The notes beneath the pieces were generated by a model. The model had not been told where the DNA came from, did no database searches, and saw nothing but the letters and a program-made list of their open reading frames with translations. Below, piece after piece: positions 26,208 through 40,700 of a stretch of 64,000 bases of DNA. The first letter of the stretch is position 1, and each line of letters starts with the position of its first letter. The position numbers and the translations under genes were made by a program. Origin of the DNA: Eledone cirrhosa (lineage: Eukaryota); NCBI GenBank assembly GCA_964016885.1, contig OZ024744.1, positions 36,642,001 to 36,706,000 on the forward strand, given 5' to 3'.

Positions 26208-27383
26208 AACCCCGACGGCAGAGCTCAAGCCATTTCGACGGCTATTTCTAGACTAAATTAGAATTTTTTACCGTAGTCATAGATAGCCGTACTTTTCAAG
26301 GGGTAATTCCTTATATGGGAAGATTGTAGTTGTCAAAAGGATTGATCAAAATTTCTTGTAAACAAAATTAAGCCTTTCATGGCGGGTGGTGGGGGGTGGG
26401 GTGGCTGAACTTGTCTGTAGAACAATGAGGGAGTGGGTGGAGCCGGTCAAGCGTTGAAAGTGAAATCTATACATCAAATTCGAGGGAGTGTGTATGAACT
26501 TAGACCAGTAAGAAAGCAGGCGAAATCAGAGAGTGGGACATTATAAAATTAAAAGGTAGATACATTGGGATTAAAACGTAATAATAGTGAGAAACAGTAA
26601 AGAATAATAAAAAAAGTAAAAATAAAAAAATCGTAAAGAATAATAAAAAACGTAAAGAATAATAAAAAATCTATAGAGTGTAAAGCAACTGGTATATTTT
26701 TAGCTGGTATTGCGTTTTCAGCCAATGTTATATATAATTTACTGGGGTGGGGTACTGAGGCTACAGAAGCCCGATAGGCTGCCTCAGTGTAGTGTAGGCG
26801 AAAGAGGAAAAGAAAAAGGAAGAGGAGAGAAAGTGGAAGGAAGTGATAAGACGAGAAAGAGGGGAAAAAGGAAGAAGTACATCTTCCTATGTATGCTGGG
26901 GTTCCCTATCTTGTTCGGCAAATGGGGTAAAGAAGGATGTTTCAGCCGTTGTCTACCCACCGGGTCATGAGAGGGTTTGAGGGCGAGGTAAGTCCTACAC
27001 AATCGGTGTTTACATGCCGTTACAAGTTCGTCTTTTTTGTTTAGGTGTTGGTCCTTCGTAAACAGCATTTGTATTATTTCCTCCGAGCATAAGTTACACG
27101 GACGGCGTCCACCCACCGCTATGAAAGGTTTAATTGTGTTTACAAGAAATTTCAACTAATACTTTTGACAACTACAATTTTCCCATATAAGGAATTATCC
27201 CTTGAAAAGTTCGGCTATCTATTACTACGCTAAATAATTCTAATTTAGTCCAGAAATAGCCGTCGAAACGGCTTGAGCTCTGCCGTCGGGGTTAAACATT
27301 TCCCTATTACCCACTCTGCTACCCTAAGTATTGAGTACTCTGGTGCGTTATGGTCCAACTGGTTCCTTACCACACCTCCTTCG
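26208..27383 (-). mobile_element. Penelope-like 3' fragment with ~180-bp inverted segment
   Basis: 26208-26390 is a diverged reverse complement of 27110-27293. The minus ORF has CNLCSEE...LNKKDELVTACKHR (GIY-YIG C-terminal CxxC...LN..EL...C.H). A related fragment lies at 30960-31160 (+). Confidence 0.75.
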
Positions 27384-27435
<52 letters not shown>

Positions 27436-27498
27436 GAGTTATTAACTCATATTGATACCCTGCAATTAACAAGCTCAAACTATAAATACTTAGTATTA

Positions 27499-27505
<7 letters not shown>

Positions 27506-27571
<66 letters not shown>

Positions 27572-27577
27572 GGAGAT

Positions 27578-27611
<34 letters not shown>

Positions 27612-27660
27612 GGAGATAGAGAGAGAGAGATAGAGAGAGAGAGTCAGATTGAGAGATAGA
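27506..27660. repeat. (TA)n/(GA)n compound microsatellite
   Basis: Read directly. Confidence 0.95.
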
Positions 27661-28574
27661 TAACACAATGGAACTAAATTCCCACCCACTGCCACTGCCT
27701 CCGTCGTTCCGCTCTCCTCACCGCTCACTATTATGAGTACATGGGGGCCCACGTTCTGGTCACCCCGTGGCCGTGGTGGACAGAACTTGATTTTGCTATT
27801 AGAACATCTACCAACATATTGAGTTGGATACTAACTGGTTCATGCCTCTAAACCATCGAATGTAGACAAAGAACAATATTCGCAAATAGAGAAAAGGGGA
27901 TATCATCATTTATATAGGGCCTGCGTAATTTTAATCAAATGGAGAACATTTTAAATTAATTGGTGGTCATAACCCTTTAATTTATTTATTCTCACAGGTT
28001 AAAAATCTATGGGTAGTTATGTCTCAACAACCGCTACGTTAAAAGATGTTATTGATATTTTATAAACCTGCAATACAATAAAACCTTCGAAAGAGAACAA
28101 AATTCTTGATGCATTATAAAGACTTCTGATTGGACCTGATTTCTAGTTATAAAAAGCATGTTTTATCTGGATTTGAAATACATCAAATTAGTGATGAAAA
28201 TCTAGATGAAACGCTAGTTACCAATACAGGAATTGAACCATCCATGAAGTCTGATATCAATATTATTGAATTAAACGATTCATCGATAATGTTTAACCGG
28301 AAAATTAAATATTGAAGACGAACATCTAAGAGAATATTGGATAAAACGTAATGCAATTAATTATCACGGGAGTTTATTAATTTTGCATTTCAATTTTCCT
28401 GGAGTAATTATTCCACAAACATTATGAAATATAATTTTGACTGCACGAAAGTCATTGGAGCATGGCTTGAATAAATCAAATGAAACGTTCATACTGCTAC
28501 TAGGCGAAAATATAATCCTATATAGATAGATTGTCCAATCATATTCACCATGTCAATAAGTTGCTAATGTTCCT

Positions 28575-28772
28575 GATAAAATATAGTTAATGGCCAAAAA
28601 GAATTAGTTAATGGATATAATGAATATTGTTAATGACTACAAATTGTAGTTAATGGTCTAAAAGAAGGCAGTTAATGGCCGAAAATATATATTTAATGGT
28701 ATAAAAATATTGTTAATGACGAAAAGAATATAGATTATTGTCAAATATATAGTTAAGGGCCAAAAACATATG
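28575..28772. repeat. Degenerate ~21-24-bp minisatellite (AAAATATAGTTAATGGCC-like)
   Basis: About 9 recurrences of a GTTAATG-like core. Confidence 0.8.
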
Positions 28773-28963
28773 GATCTTAGCAACGAAAACTTATCAAGTA
28801 TGCCAAATAAATTTACGTTAAAACATGGCTCATTGTTAATGATACCTTAAATCTTCTTATCAATCTACACTTCATCCACAATTGGAGACAACTCACTGAC
28901 TGAAATTCTGACTGTAGGAGCGACAGATACGAAACATTATGTCATTATTATTGCTAGTAAATA

Positions 28964-29705
28964 GAGCGGGGGATAGGCAGTATCGGTAGAGGGTCGGACG
29001 CCATGCTTTCTAGCATAGTTACGTCCCTTTACGGTCTGAGTTCAAATCACGCGAAGGTTAGCTTTGTTTTTCATCCTTACCGGGTCGATGAATAAAGCAC
29101 CAGTGATGCACTGGGGTCGATTTAATCCATTTACCTTTCCCTCCAAATTACTGGCCTTGTGTCTAAATCAGAAGCCATTATTAGGGCGGTGGATTGGCAG
29201 AATCGGTAGAGCGTCGGACAACACGCTGGGTGGCATAGAGTCACGGCCTTTTATGTTCTGATTTCAAATCCTGCCGAGGTTATCTTTGATTTTCATCCTG
29301 AAGGGGTCAATAAAATAAAGTACCTTTAATACACTGAAGTCGATTCATCGACCCCCCCCCCCCCCCAAAAAAAAAATATATATATATATTTGCAGTCCCT
29401 GTGCCTGAAGTAGAAACAATTATTATTATTAGTAAATGGGTGGTAGATTGGCAGTATTGTTAGAATGTCGGAATTGCTTAGCAGTTTCAGCTCTTTAGCT
29501 TCTGAGTTCAAATTTTGCGGTGGTCAGCTTTGTCTTTCATCCATTGTGGGGTCAATAAAATAAGGTACCAGTCAATGTCGGGGGTCATTATAATCGACTT
29601 CCCCCCCCTCCCCCCCCAAAAAAAAAGAATTCTAGCCTTGTACCTGAACTGGAAAGAATTATTGATGTCGAGAAAATGGTGGTGGATTGACAGTATCGGT
29701 AGATC
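28964..29705 (+). mobile_element. Cluster of three tandem Nin/Deu SINEs plus a head fragment
   Basis: Heads at about 28964, 29183, 29436 and 29677. Confidence 0.88.
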
Positions 29706-29717
29706 ATCAGACACAAT

Positions 29718-30130
29718 AATTGTTTCCACTTTAGGCACAAGGCCAGCAATTTTGGGGGAGCGGAAAGTCAATTAATTCAATCCCAGTGTCACTGGTACTT
29801 TATTTTATCGACCCCTTAAGGATGAAAGACAATGCTAACGCTCTGAAATAATATAAGTACCAATCAAATACCGGGATTAATATATAGTCAACTCTAATCT
29901 TCCATCAAATTTGCTGACCATGTGTCTACATAGGAAATCAATATTGATAATGTTTCTACTTTTGGCACAAGGCCAGCAATTACTCCAGTACATTACTGGT
30001 ACTTTATTTTATCGACCCCGTAAGGATGAAAGGCAAAGCTAACATCGGCGGGATTTGAACTCAGAAAATAAAAGGCCGTAACTCTATGCTGCAAAGCATG
30101 TTGCCCAACGCTCCGCAGATTCTGCCAATC
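29718..30130 (-). mobile_element. Two minus-strand Nin/Deu SINEs (29718-29840, 29950-30130)
   Basis: GGCACAAGGCCAGCAAT...CTGGTACTTTATTTTATCGACCC occurs twice. Confidence 0.88.
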
Positions 30131-31198
30131 AAAGTAATTCGCAATATTTAGTTCACATTCCTCTGAAGTCCATTTTGCTTTTTGTTCTTCCGCCGTTGAT
30201 AAATTAAAATACCAGTCAAGTACTGGTTTCGATACAAATGACTTTACTCTTACCACAAATTGCTGGTCGTTTGCCAATGTTAGAAATAATTAAATGGATA
30301 ACAAACTAACAGTTTCTATAAATTATATAATGGATGAGCAGTATTGGATTACTAACGCAAAACTGAACGGATTTGTGGCGCACTTACGAAAAAAAAAATT
30401 GGTTCAATTGTGCATTTGATTGAAAGAGACAATAATCAATGGAAACTACACCACAATTAGATTCGATTATGATACTGTCCGGCATCATTGCCGACAAGAT
30501 ACATTTAGGACAAATTCAATGAATGGTCGTTAGGCAAAATTGATTCATAAGCATTGTTTGATTCATAACGATCGTCGTTGCCACTTTCAGATTGCCACAA
30601 GCTGTACTACAATAGGGCAGTCCCTCGGGCAACAATGAACAGAAGTACGAAGTCATCATCATCAATTAAATGAGAAATTCATATTCAATTTATTGTATTT
30701 TTAAATTATAAAATACAATATTGTATTAACAATTAATGCAGCTTATTTGTGTACTAACTCCCTCATATTGTATTATCTTTCGTTACATGTCAATCATAAT
30801 TTATTTGGTAGTAGATTACAATAAACATATTCAGTAATTTAATTATTTTTTGTCATTATTTAACCGATATAATCAACATAAACTGTTGAAGCGGGAACTG
30901 TTATATCCCGCACAACGCATATTATTTTGGCTACATGTACACACACACATATATATATCAGGAAGGATTCAATTTGAAGCTGGTGAGACCGTTTCTGAAC
31001 AGAGTATTCGATACTTTGGGTAGTAGAGTATGGTTATATTAGAATGAGTCGAGAGCCCGACGGCTGAGCTCCTGCCATTTCAACACCTAGTTTCAGACTG
31101 ATTGTCGAAGACCATGGTGGTTAACTGGCTGTATCATCAGGGGATGTAGATTTTCCAACCCTCTAGCTCTTAATAATGTATATATGCATATATATATA

Positions 31199-31238
<40 letters not shown>

Positions 31239-31583
31239 TATATGTGTGTGTGGGAGAGAGAGAGAGAGAGAGAGCATTGAGTTGTTGCATGTATTTTACT
31301 TGTGTCTTTGGGACGTGTATATCACGTGCCTCCAACAACAAGGGCCTCACTTCTAAATAACCCTGTCCCATTTGATAACGTCAGTGGATGCTCTTATATC
31401 TGCACAAGAACTATAACATGTTTCTTTAAAGACAATCGTATTTCATATATGAAAACTGGTTTTGGGAACAATTACACTGTTTGAAAACTGCAACAAATAG
31501 TCCTATCTAAGTTGGCACGTAGGTGGTGAAGTTGAAAATGTTCCTAATTCTATATTGCTACAGGTACTATAAGGTAAGTTAAG

Positions 31584-31752
31584 AAAACCTGCCAAGCTAT
31601 AAACACCAAAACAGGGAATCCCATGACAAAAAGTGCCACGAAACGGGGAGAAATGGGGCAAAATGTGGAGATTTCACATAATGAAAGTTATACTTATTTT
31701 CACAAAGTGGGTGCGAAATCTCACTTTCGGCCGGGGAGAGTTGACAGGTCTG
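31584..31752. mobile_element. Second copy of the CAGACCTGYCAAC MITE family
   Basis: Shares GGGGAGAAATGGGGCAAA, ACATAATGAAAG and GGGAGAGTTGACAGGTCTG with 24131-24319. Confidence 0.75.
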
Positions 31753-33499
31753 GAAAAGTAGCGCTTAACTCTTGATTGTGAAGTGTGCCTAAGGTTCTGA
31801 TATACTGCAAATCTTAGGCATTTTAAACGTGATGGAACCCATCTCCCTCCATGTTAGAACGATACCGATTTCTTTCAGTGAAAGAAATAATCGACCCCCC
31901 TCCTCCCTAAAACGGAGTGTACTTTATTTATCGAACACGAAATGATGAAAAGCAAAGTTGGTCTCAGCAGGAATTGAAGTCAGAGACCAGTAAGCGGGAA
32001 TAAATATCAAGGCATATTACGTCGTCTTATATTACTGCAACAATTTATTTCTTCAAAATTTAAAGGATTAAGAGTACCTCATTATAGTTGCAGGTGATTC
32101 CAAGTCTAAGCGTATCAAAGAAGCCGCACATATTTTATATCCTATCAAACATTAAATATAACAGCATTATTATAGTAAACGAAACCAACAATATCCATTA
32201 AACACACAGTTCGTTTCTCACATCTCTTGATTCAGCTGAACATATTTTGACAAATCATTTTTTCTCTTCCCTTCTTCCTTCTTCTAGAATTCATTCTTGT
32301 CTTTCATCTATACATTTCTAGGCGTACATAATTAAATATTGTTGTGATAATCACGCGATCATGACTATTTTGTGTCTTCAGGCCGGTCAATTTATTCACA
32401 TTGACGGCTGTTAGTGGTATCTATTATTGCTTACTACATATAACTAATCGAATCGCAAAGCGAGCCAACACTCTTATAGTCAACAGATATTGGCAGCACA
32501 TCAGAATGATTTTTGCTAAATATAACTCTTTCTATTGCAAGTTCTATTGTTAATGTAGGTGACCTTTCAGAGTCCAGTGCCGGTGTTAGGTGTAGAGCGA
32601 TAGTTATATATAACAATTCAAATTACAAATTTTGTTGTCAATGGGTTAGCTCCTTTGATACTTTATATTTGCTATCTGTATTTTATACCTTGTAATGCAT
32701 TAAGTATTCTATCTCCAAAATCACATTGAAAAAACGATAAAGTGAAAAATGATATTAACGACTTTTGACAGACAGATATATTTTCTGTACATCCAACTGA
32801 TGGATAAACAAGAAAGTTAAGTGACTATATACAGCTTATTTCATATAGTTTAGTAACCACTACAAAAGAAGATTCTATTAAATTTGAAGTTGTATCATAA
32901 ACTGTCGATCAAAATTGGGTTAAATCCTTGCAATATAATGTAAATTGCTTGTAATTTTATATAACAAGCCAACCAAAATTGACTCCGGTTCTATGAAACA
33001 AAATTTTGCATTTTAAAGAGTTCCTATTAATATTAATTTTATTCAAGAATGTTTTGCTGTGTATTAAACACCATCCTAATAATGGAATAATCAATAATTT
33101 TAGAAAACCCTTCCAAAATTTCCATTAATAATTTATTTATTTAGTTGGATAGACTACATTGAACTATTTCTTCTGTTTCGTCTTCCCTTCTTTTAAGGTC
33201 GATAAATAAAGGACCAGCTCAGTACAGGGGTTGATTCTTTCTACCCCACTTTCTGTGGTCAAATTTGGAAAGAGATGGGCTGTACCAGGAATAAAATGCC
33301 CTTGACATTACAATGGTATCCCTACAGTTCTATTAGGGGCTATGGAAACTGAGTGTTAAGAGAAGTTAATTAACATTTTCAGTATCGTATATTTAATAAA
33401 ATAATCTCTATTGCAATTAATTAATTTCAATAGAAATACGGTAATGAATGGGTTAACATTTAAGGGTAGCTAAACCAGCGGCTATGGATCTAGTATATG

Positions 33500-33723
33500 A
33501 GATTATTTAGCAGGTGGTCACACATGCACGACACGAGGAAATTTAGTAGATAATTCGTTACCGGTTGGTTTTGCCCGTAAAATCTAACCACCGATTTTAC
33601 GGTTAGAGACCCAGGGACAGAGCCCAAGAGAGATGGTTGGATTACATCCATGAGCTTGACTGGTCAAGCTTGGAATCCAGCCGGATCAGTTGGAGACGGT
33701 TGTTTCTGATATGACCCTCCAGG
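33500..33723 (+). mobile_element. RTE-like LINE 3' fragment with (AAT)n tail
   Basis: RPRDRAQERWLDYIHELDWSSL...SWRRL resembles the RTE C-terminal RPRGRP..RW.D...WR motif. Confidence 0.6.
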
Positions 33724-33805
33724 AATAATAATAATAATTATTATTATAATAATAATAATAATAATAATAATAATTATAATAATAATTATTATTATTATAA
33801 TAATA

Positions 33806-36800
33806 ACATGGGGCAACGAGACACACTCCCTAAGATCCAGAACTCCAAACAGAACCAAAAGATAATACACAAGACTAACATAATTCTCAAAAACATTATC
33901 ATCACAAACAAACTAAACATTACTGATTTAAATCATCTCTATTATGCATCGGCTAAAGTCACCACTCACTTATGTGGAGTGAAGATAAAAAAAACAAAGG
34001 AATTCCCACAAGAAATCTACTTGGCAAGAGAACATCAATCGCCAAATAAACCTTCTCCGATCTGACATAGGCATTTTAACGAACTATAAAGTGGTGAACA
34101 TGATAAACAAAAATACAGTATAAAATCAACAAGTGACATAGACATGCTGATAGAAATAATCAAACGAAAAGTGTCGGCCAAAGCTGCTCGTATAAGGCGC
34201 TTTGAAAAACGATCTAGATTCTATAAGGACAATAATATGTTCAAAAACAACAAAAGAAACTTCTACAGAAAAATTGGTAAGTCAACAATAACTGCTAAAT
34301 CAATACCACCCAAGGAGGATGTGCAAGAATTCTGGGAAAAGATCTGGGCCGAAGAAAAAGTTCATAACATACATGCCCCATGGATAGACAGACAAATGAA
34401 AGATACAGCTCACCTTGAGGAACAAACATGGGAAAATATAACAGTTGAACAGTTGCGCTTGGCGCTAAGAAAAACCAGCAAATGGAAATCCCCAGGAAAA
34501 GACAAAATATAAAACTTTTGGATAAATGCCTTTACAGAGTCTCATGAGCTGTTAGACCAACTTTACAATGAAATAGTTAAGGAGCCAGAAAAGATACCAT
34601 CATGGCTAGTTAACGGCATTACATTCCTGCTTCCGAAGAATGATGAGACAAACAATCCCCAAAATTACAGATCGATAACTTGCTTGACCACAATGTATAA
34701 CATTTTAACATCAGTCCTAACTGAATACACATATGACCACCTGATAACAAATGACCTATTTCCCATTGAGCAGAAAGGGTGTAAACGAGGCTCATATGGC
34801 TGTAAGGATCAGCTTCTGGTTAACAAAATGATACTGGAAGATTGTTATAATAGACACAAAAATCTATTGATTGCTTGGATAGATTATAAAAAAGCATTCG
34901 ATAGTTTGCCACACAGTTGGATTGAAAAATGTTTAGAGATTTTCAAAATATTGTCAGGAGGTTTTTGTCATTCAGTATGAAGACATGGAAAACGACACTC
35001 CTTTTGAATAGTGAAACAAAATCACTGGAAGCTGGAGAAGTTAATATTAATTGTGGAATTTTTCAGGGTGACTCTTTATCACCGCTTTTATTCTGCATCG
35101 CACTTATACCATTAAGTAAAATGCTCAATGAAACAAAACATGGATATAGAGTCTATGACAAAACCATTAATCACTTGTTCTACATGGATGACCTGAAACT
35201 ATTTGCAAAAAATGATGAACAATTGCAAGGGCTATTATCCACTGTGGAGCAGTTCAGTGATGACATTAAAATGGAGTTTGGACTAGATAAATGCGCCAAA
35301 GCAACGTTCACCAGAGGAAAGCTGCTGAAGAGTTCAGACATTAATCTTGATCGGGGGAACGTGATAAGAGAACTTGATCAAGAAAAAACTTACAAATATC
35401 TAGGTGTTTGTGAAGGATACTGAATCAAGCACTCGACAATGAGGGAAAGGATAAGGAAGGAATGTTACCGTAGAGTAAGAGCAATCTTAAGAACGGAATT
35501 GAATGCAAGGAATAGGATCGATGCCATAAACACGCTTGCCATACCAGTAGTAACGTAGAGTTACAATGTCATCAACTGGTCAAGCACAGAGATCCGTAGG
35601 CTCGATACAAGAATTCGAAAACTCTTAACCATGCACAGAATGCATCACCCTAAGGCAGATATAGATAGAATATATCTCCCTAGGAAAGAAGGAGGACGTG
35701 GGTTAATCCAGTTAGACATTGCGTTGAAAACAGCAACAATTGGATTATCTAAATATCTCAGGGAATCACATGATTGGATGATCAAACTCGCTTTGAAACA
35801 CGAAAGCATCAAAAGATCATATTCCATTACAAAAGATGCACAGAGATACAGTAATTTCAGAAGTCCCATTTACTGCTGAAATGGAAAACACAGAAAAAGC
35901 AAAGCAGGTAAAAGTAACTGCAAAGAAAGAACTGCTACAGAAACTGGCTAAGAAATAGCAAGAAAAGCCTCTGTATGGAAAATACCCAGAGTGAGCTAAC
36001 AATCCTGATGTTGGCAAAACTTTAACCCATCAATGGTTGGCATCCTCTGGACTGAAATCGGAGACTGAAGGACTGATTATATCAGCACAAGATCAGTGTC
36101 TGCCAACAAAAAATTACCAAGCCAACATAATAAAAAATGGATGCAGCCCATTATGCCGTGTATGCAAAAAACAACCAGAGACCATTGACCATATAATTTC
36201 AATGTGCAGTCCTATAGCTCCAACCGAATACCTAAACAGGCATGACCGAGCTGCACAATACATACATTGGATAATGTGTAAGCATTTTGACCTGCCCCAT
36301 CAAAAGAATTGGTGGGAGCATCAACCACCTCCCATACTTGAAAAAGATCACATCTCAATCTTGTGGAACTTTAGCATCCAAACAGACCGAAAAATAGATG
36401 CAAATAGACCTGATATAAAATTGAAGGACTTCAAAAAGAGGGTATGCCTGCTAATTGATATGTCTGTTCCAATAGACAAGACTGTATCTATAAAAACATT
36501 TGAAAAATTGAGCAAGTGTAAGGACCTGGAGATAGAAATTGGAAAAATGTGGCAATTGAGAACTAAAACAATACCAGTGGTTTTAGGCGCTCTGGGAATG
36601 ATACCTAAGGGGTTTAATGATTACTTATCGCAAATCCCAGGAAACCCGCGTATAGGAGGAATACAAAAGATAGTACTAATGGGAACTGCCCATATACTAA
36701 GGAAGATTCTGTCAATATAAGTACATCACAAGTCTAAACACTAAAGATATGTGTGAGTATGTATGTACTTTCTTGAACATGGCGGACCTTGTTGTCTCTT

Positions 36801-36861
36801 GATGTCACTGGTTGTGACTTGGTGATAACTCGTATGAACATAAAGCAAGATAAATGCAACT

Positions 36862-36863
<2 letters not shown>
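33806..36863 (+). mobile_element. R4/Dong-like RLE LINE, 5'-truncated, between (TAA)n tracts
   Basis: WKSPGKD, WIDYKKAFDS, GIFQGDSLSP, YMDD, CRVC...H...C, RHD, RPD...ID...EKLSK; near-identical to 38678-41778. Confidence 0.95.
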
Positions 36864-36893
<30 letters not shown>

Positions 36894-37744
36894 TATTATT
36901 ATTATTATTATTATATATATTGTTATATCGCTCAAATATTCAATTTTGTATTATATATTTTATATTCAAAAAAGAAAATGGTTATAAATGGAAGAAAACT
37001 CCCTCTGTCTACTCTATATAGAACAGCCAAATAACAGCAATTTCACCAACACCAGAAACTTGATACACCACCTACCCCATCACCCCGCTGTGTACACTAA
37101 ATATAACAGCCAGATAACGGCAATTTCACCACCACCATCACCAATCCCAGCATCATAATAATAATTACTATTATTATTGTCTCAAGTTTTAACAAAATGT
37201 TTAATTCCAATTTTACGGGAATATCTCAACGCATATATTAAACATACGCGGCACAAATGCATAGATACTACAGATCAAACAAAACTAATCTATTCAACAC
37301 ATATATTAAACATACGCGACACAAACGCATAGATACTACATATAAAAAAAAAACTCAGTAACGACAACGCCACCGCCGCCACCACTCCATCCATCATTGC
37401 TACCACTACCCCATCACCGCCGCCACCACTCCTTCATTGCTACCACCACTATTCCCCTGTTAACTTAAGAAAGGGGAAGGTGGCGGTATCACTAGACAAG
37501 GGAGAGGCTAGCAAAAGATATAAATAGATTGACTTAGTGACCTGGCCACCGGCCAAACGTCAACAACTATGGCACTGCTGGCTCCCCCTTTCCTCACCAA
37601 CAATATAAAAAGCCCCAGCACCACCACCGACATAGCCAACAACAATAACAGGCAACTTCAGCAAAAAGTATATTATATTATTGTAATGCACTGGGTGATT
37701 GCTGGCCTTGTGCCTGGAGTGGAGACAGTTATTATTATTAATAA

Positions 37745-40700
37745 TTTCATTCTTAAGCCACGCAATGCTCACATTAAGGAACCACTCATGATAATAACAA
37801 TTTTAAAAAACAACAAAAAGAAAACCCCGTGACCAAGAAATACCGGGATGGCGGCCAGCGGGGAATAGCCGTGTCTCTAGGGGAGAACGACCCCTCTAGT
37901 CTTGGTTGACACTCGTTCTAGAAGTGGTAACACGAAATGATTACCCCTTGGCGGATAAGGATAAAACGTGACAAAATAAAGTAAATGTCTAATGATAAAA
38001 TCTCATACCGGATCGGCCATCACCCGGGTAAAAAAGGGCCGCGTCCCTCAGAGAGGAACCAGACTGGGGTCGAAAAATCAGCTAATGGTTCAAACCTTCC
38101 CATCACTTCGGAGCTGGAGACCTCCTATAACCGTAATACTCCTACTGTTGGCCCTCCATGCTCACCACCAACAAATCCAAAGAAAAAGAGAGAAAAATGG
38201 TCAAAGGAATATAATAAAGAAGTCCTTGAGGCTTTCTACACTGCCATGTACTACCCATCAAATACATCGAATACAGAACAGACATATATCAACTGGAAAA
38301 AGAAACATCCCGAAAACAGAGGCTATATTGACAGTAACAAACTAGCCAATATACGAAGGAATATTGTAAGAAAAAAGTTACTAACTGATATAAAAATTGA
38401 TCAGATCAAGCTATTAGCACAAAGTCAGCGAAGGGAAAATGAAACATGGGTCAGTGAAAACGAGGTAAACTGTAACACTTCGAACCCCTGGGTTGGGGCG
38501 CAATCACAGGCAGCAGAACAAATTAAAGAAAGGATCGAAAAAGTGGAGGGAGTGCATGCTCAGGATGAAACTCCAAATGAAAATAATGAGATCTAAATGA
38601 TAAAGAAATGAATGAGAATGAACTTGCCAACTTGAAGGATGAAATTATGATCGAATGGATGAAAATGAAAGAATCTGACATGGGGCAACGAGACACACTC
38701 CCTAAGATCCAGAACTCCAAACAGAACCAAAAGATAATACACAAGACTAACATAATTCTCAAAAACATTATCATCACAAACAAACTAAACATTACTGATT
38801 TAAATCATCTCTATTATGCATCGGCTAAAGTCACCACTCACTTATGTGGAGTGAAGATGAAAAAACAAAGGAATTCCCACAAGAAATCTACTTGGCAAGA
38901 GAACATCAATCGCCAAATAAACCTTCTCCGATCTGACATAGAAATTTTAACAAACTATAAAGTAGGTGAACATGATAAACAAACTAAACTTAGAAAATTG
39001 AAAAAAAAGTACAATATAAAATCAACATGTGACATAGACATGCTGATAGAAATAATGAAGCAAAAAGTGTCGGCCAAAGCTGCTCGTATAAGGCGCTTTG
39101 AAAAACGATCTAGATTCTATAAGGATAATAATATGTTCAAAAACAACCAAAGAAACTTCTACAGAAAAATTGGTAAGTCAACAATAACTGCTAAATCAAT
39201 ACCACCCAAGGAGAAAGTGCAAGAATTCTGGGAAAAGATCTGGGCCGAAGAAAAAGTTCATAACATACATGCCCCATGGATAGACAGACAAATGAAAGAT
39301 ACAGCTCACCTTGAGGAACAAATATGGGAAAATATAACAGTTGAACAGTTAAGCTTGGCTCTAAGAAAAACCAGCAAATGGAAATCCCCAGGAAAAGACA
39401 AAATACAAAACTTTTGGATAAATGCCTTCACAGAGTCTCATGAGGTGTTAGCCCAACTTTACAATGAAATAGTTAAGGAGCCAGAAAAGATACCATCATG
39501 GCTAGTTAACGGCATTACATTCCTGCTTCCGAAGAATGATGAGACAAACAATCCCAAAAATTACAGACCGATAACTTGCTTGACCACAATGTATAAAATT
39601 TTAACATCAGTCCTAACTGAATACATATATGACCACCTGATAACAAATGACCTATTTCCTATTGAGCAGAAAGGGTGTAAACGAGGCTCATATGGCTGTA
39701 AGGATCAGGTTCTGGTTAACAAAATGATACTGGAAGATTGTCATAATAGACACAAAAATCTATCCATTGCTTGGATAGATTATAAAAAAGCATTCGATAG
39801 TTTGCCACACAGTTGGATTGAAAAATGTTTAGAGATTTTCAAAATATCCCCCGTTGTCAGGAGGTTTTTGTCATTCAGTATGAAGACATGGAAAACGACA
39901 CTCCTTTTGAATAGTGAAACAAAATCACTGGAAGCTGGAGAAGTTAATATTAATTGTGGAATTTTTCAGGGTGACTCTTTATCACCGCTTTTATTCTGCA
40001 TCGCACTTATACCATTAAGTAAAATGCTCAATGAAACAAAACATGGATATAGAGTCTATGACAAAACCATTAATCACCTGTTCTACATGGATGACCTGAA
40101 ACTATTTGCAAAAAATGATGAACAATTGCAAGGGCTATTATCCACTGTGGAGCAGTTCAGTGATGACAGTAAAATGGAGTTTGGACTAGATAAATGCGCC
40201 AAAGCAACGTTCACCAGAGGAAAGCACCTGAAGAGTTCAGACATTAATCTTGATCGGGGGATCGTGATAAGAGAACTTGATCAAGAAAACACTTACAAAT
40301 ATCTAGGTGTTTGTGAAGGAGACGGAATCAAGCACTCGACAATGAGGGAAAGGATAAGGAAGGAATGTTACCGCAGTGTAAGAGCAATCTTAAGAACGGA
40401 ATTGAATGCAAGGAATAGGATCGATGCCATAAACACGCTTGCCATACCAGTAGTAACGTAGAGTTACAATGTCATCAACTGGTCAAGCACAGAGATCCGT
40501 AGGCTCGATACAAAAATTCGAAAATTCTTAACCATGCACAGAATGCATCACCCTAAGGCAGATATAGATAGAATATATCTCCCTAGGAAAGAAGGAGGAC
40601 GTGGGTTAATCCAGTTAGACATTGCGTTGAAAACTGCAACAATTGGATTATCTACATATCTAAGGGAATCACATGATTGGATGATCAAACTCGTTTTGAA

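Noticed and set aside
28964-30130. Regularly recurring conserved motifs resembling a CRISPR or tRNA array
   Set aside because: The units are ~200-bp SINEs with head, core and tail; there is no repeat-spacer periodicity, no cas gene, and the context is eukaryotic.
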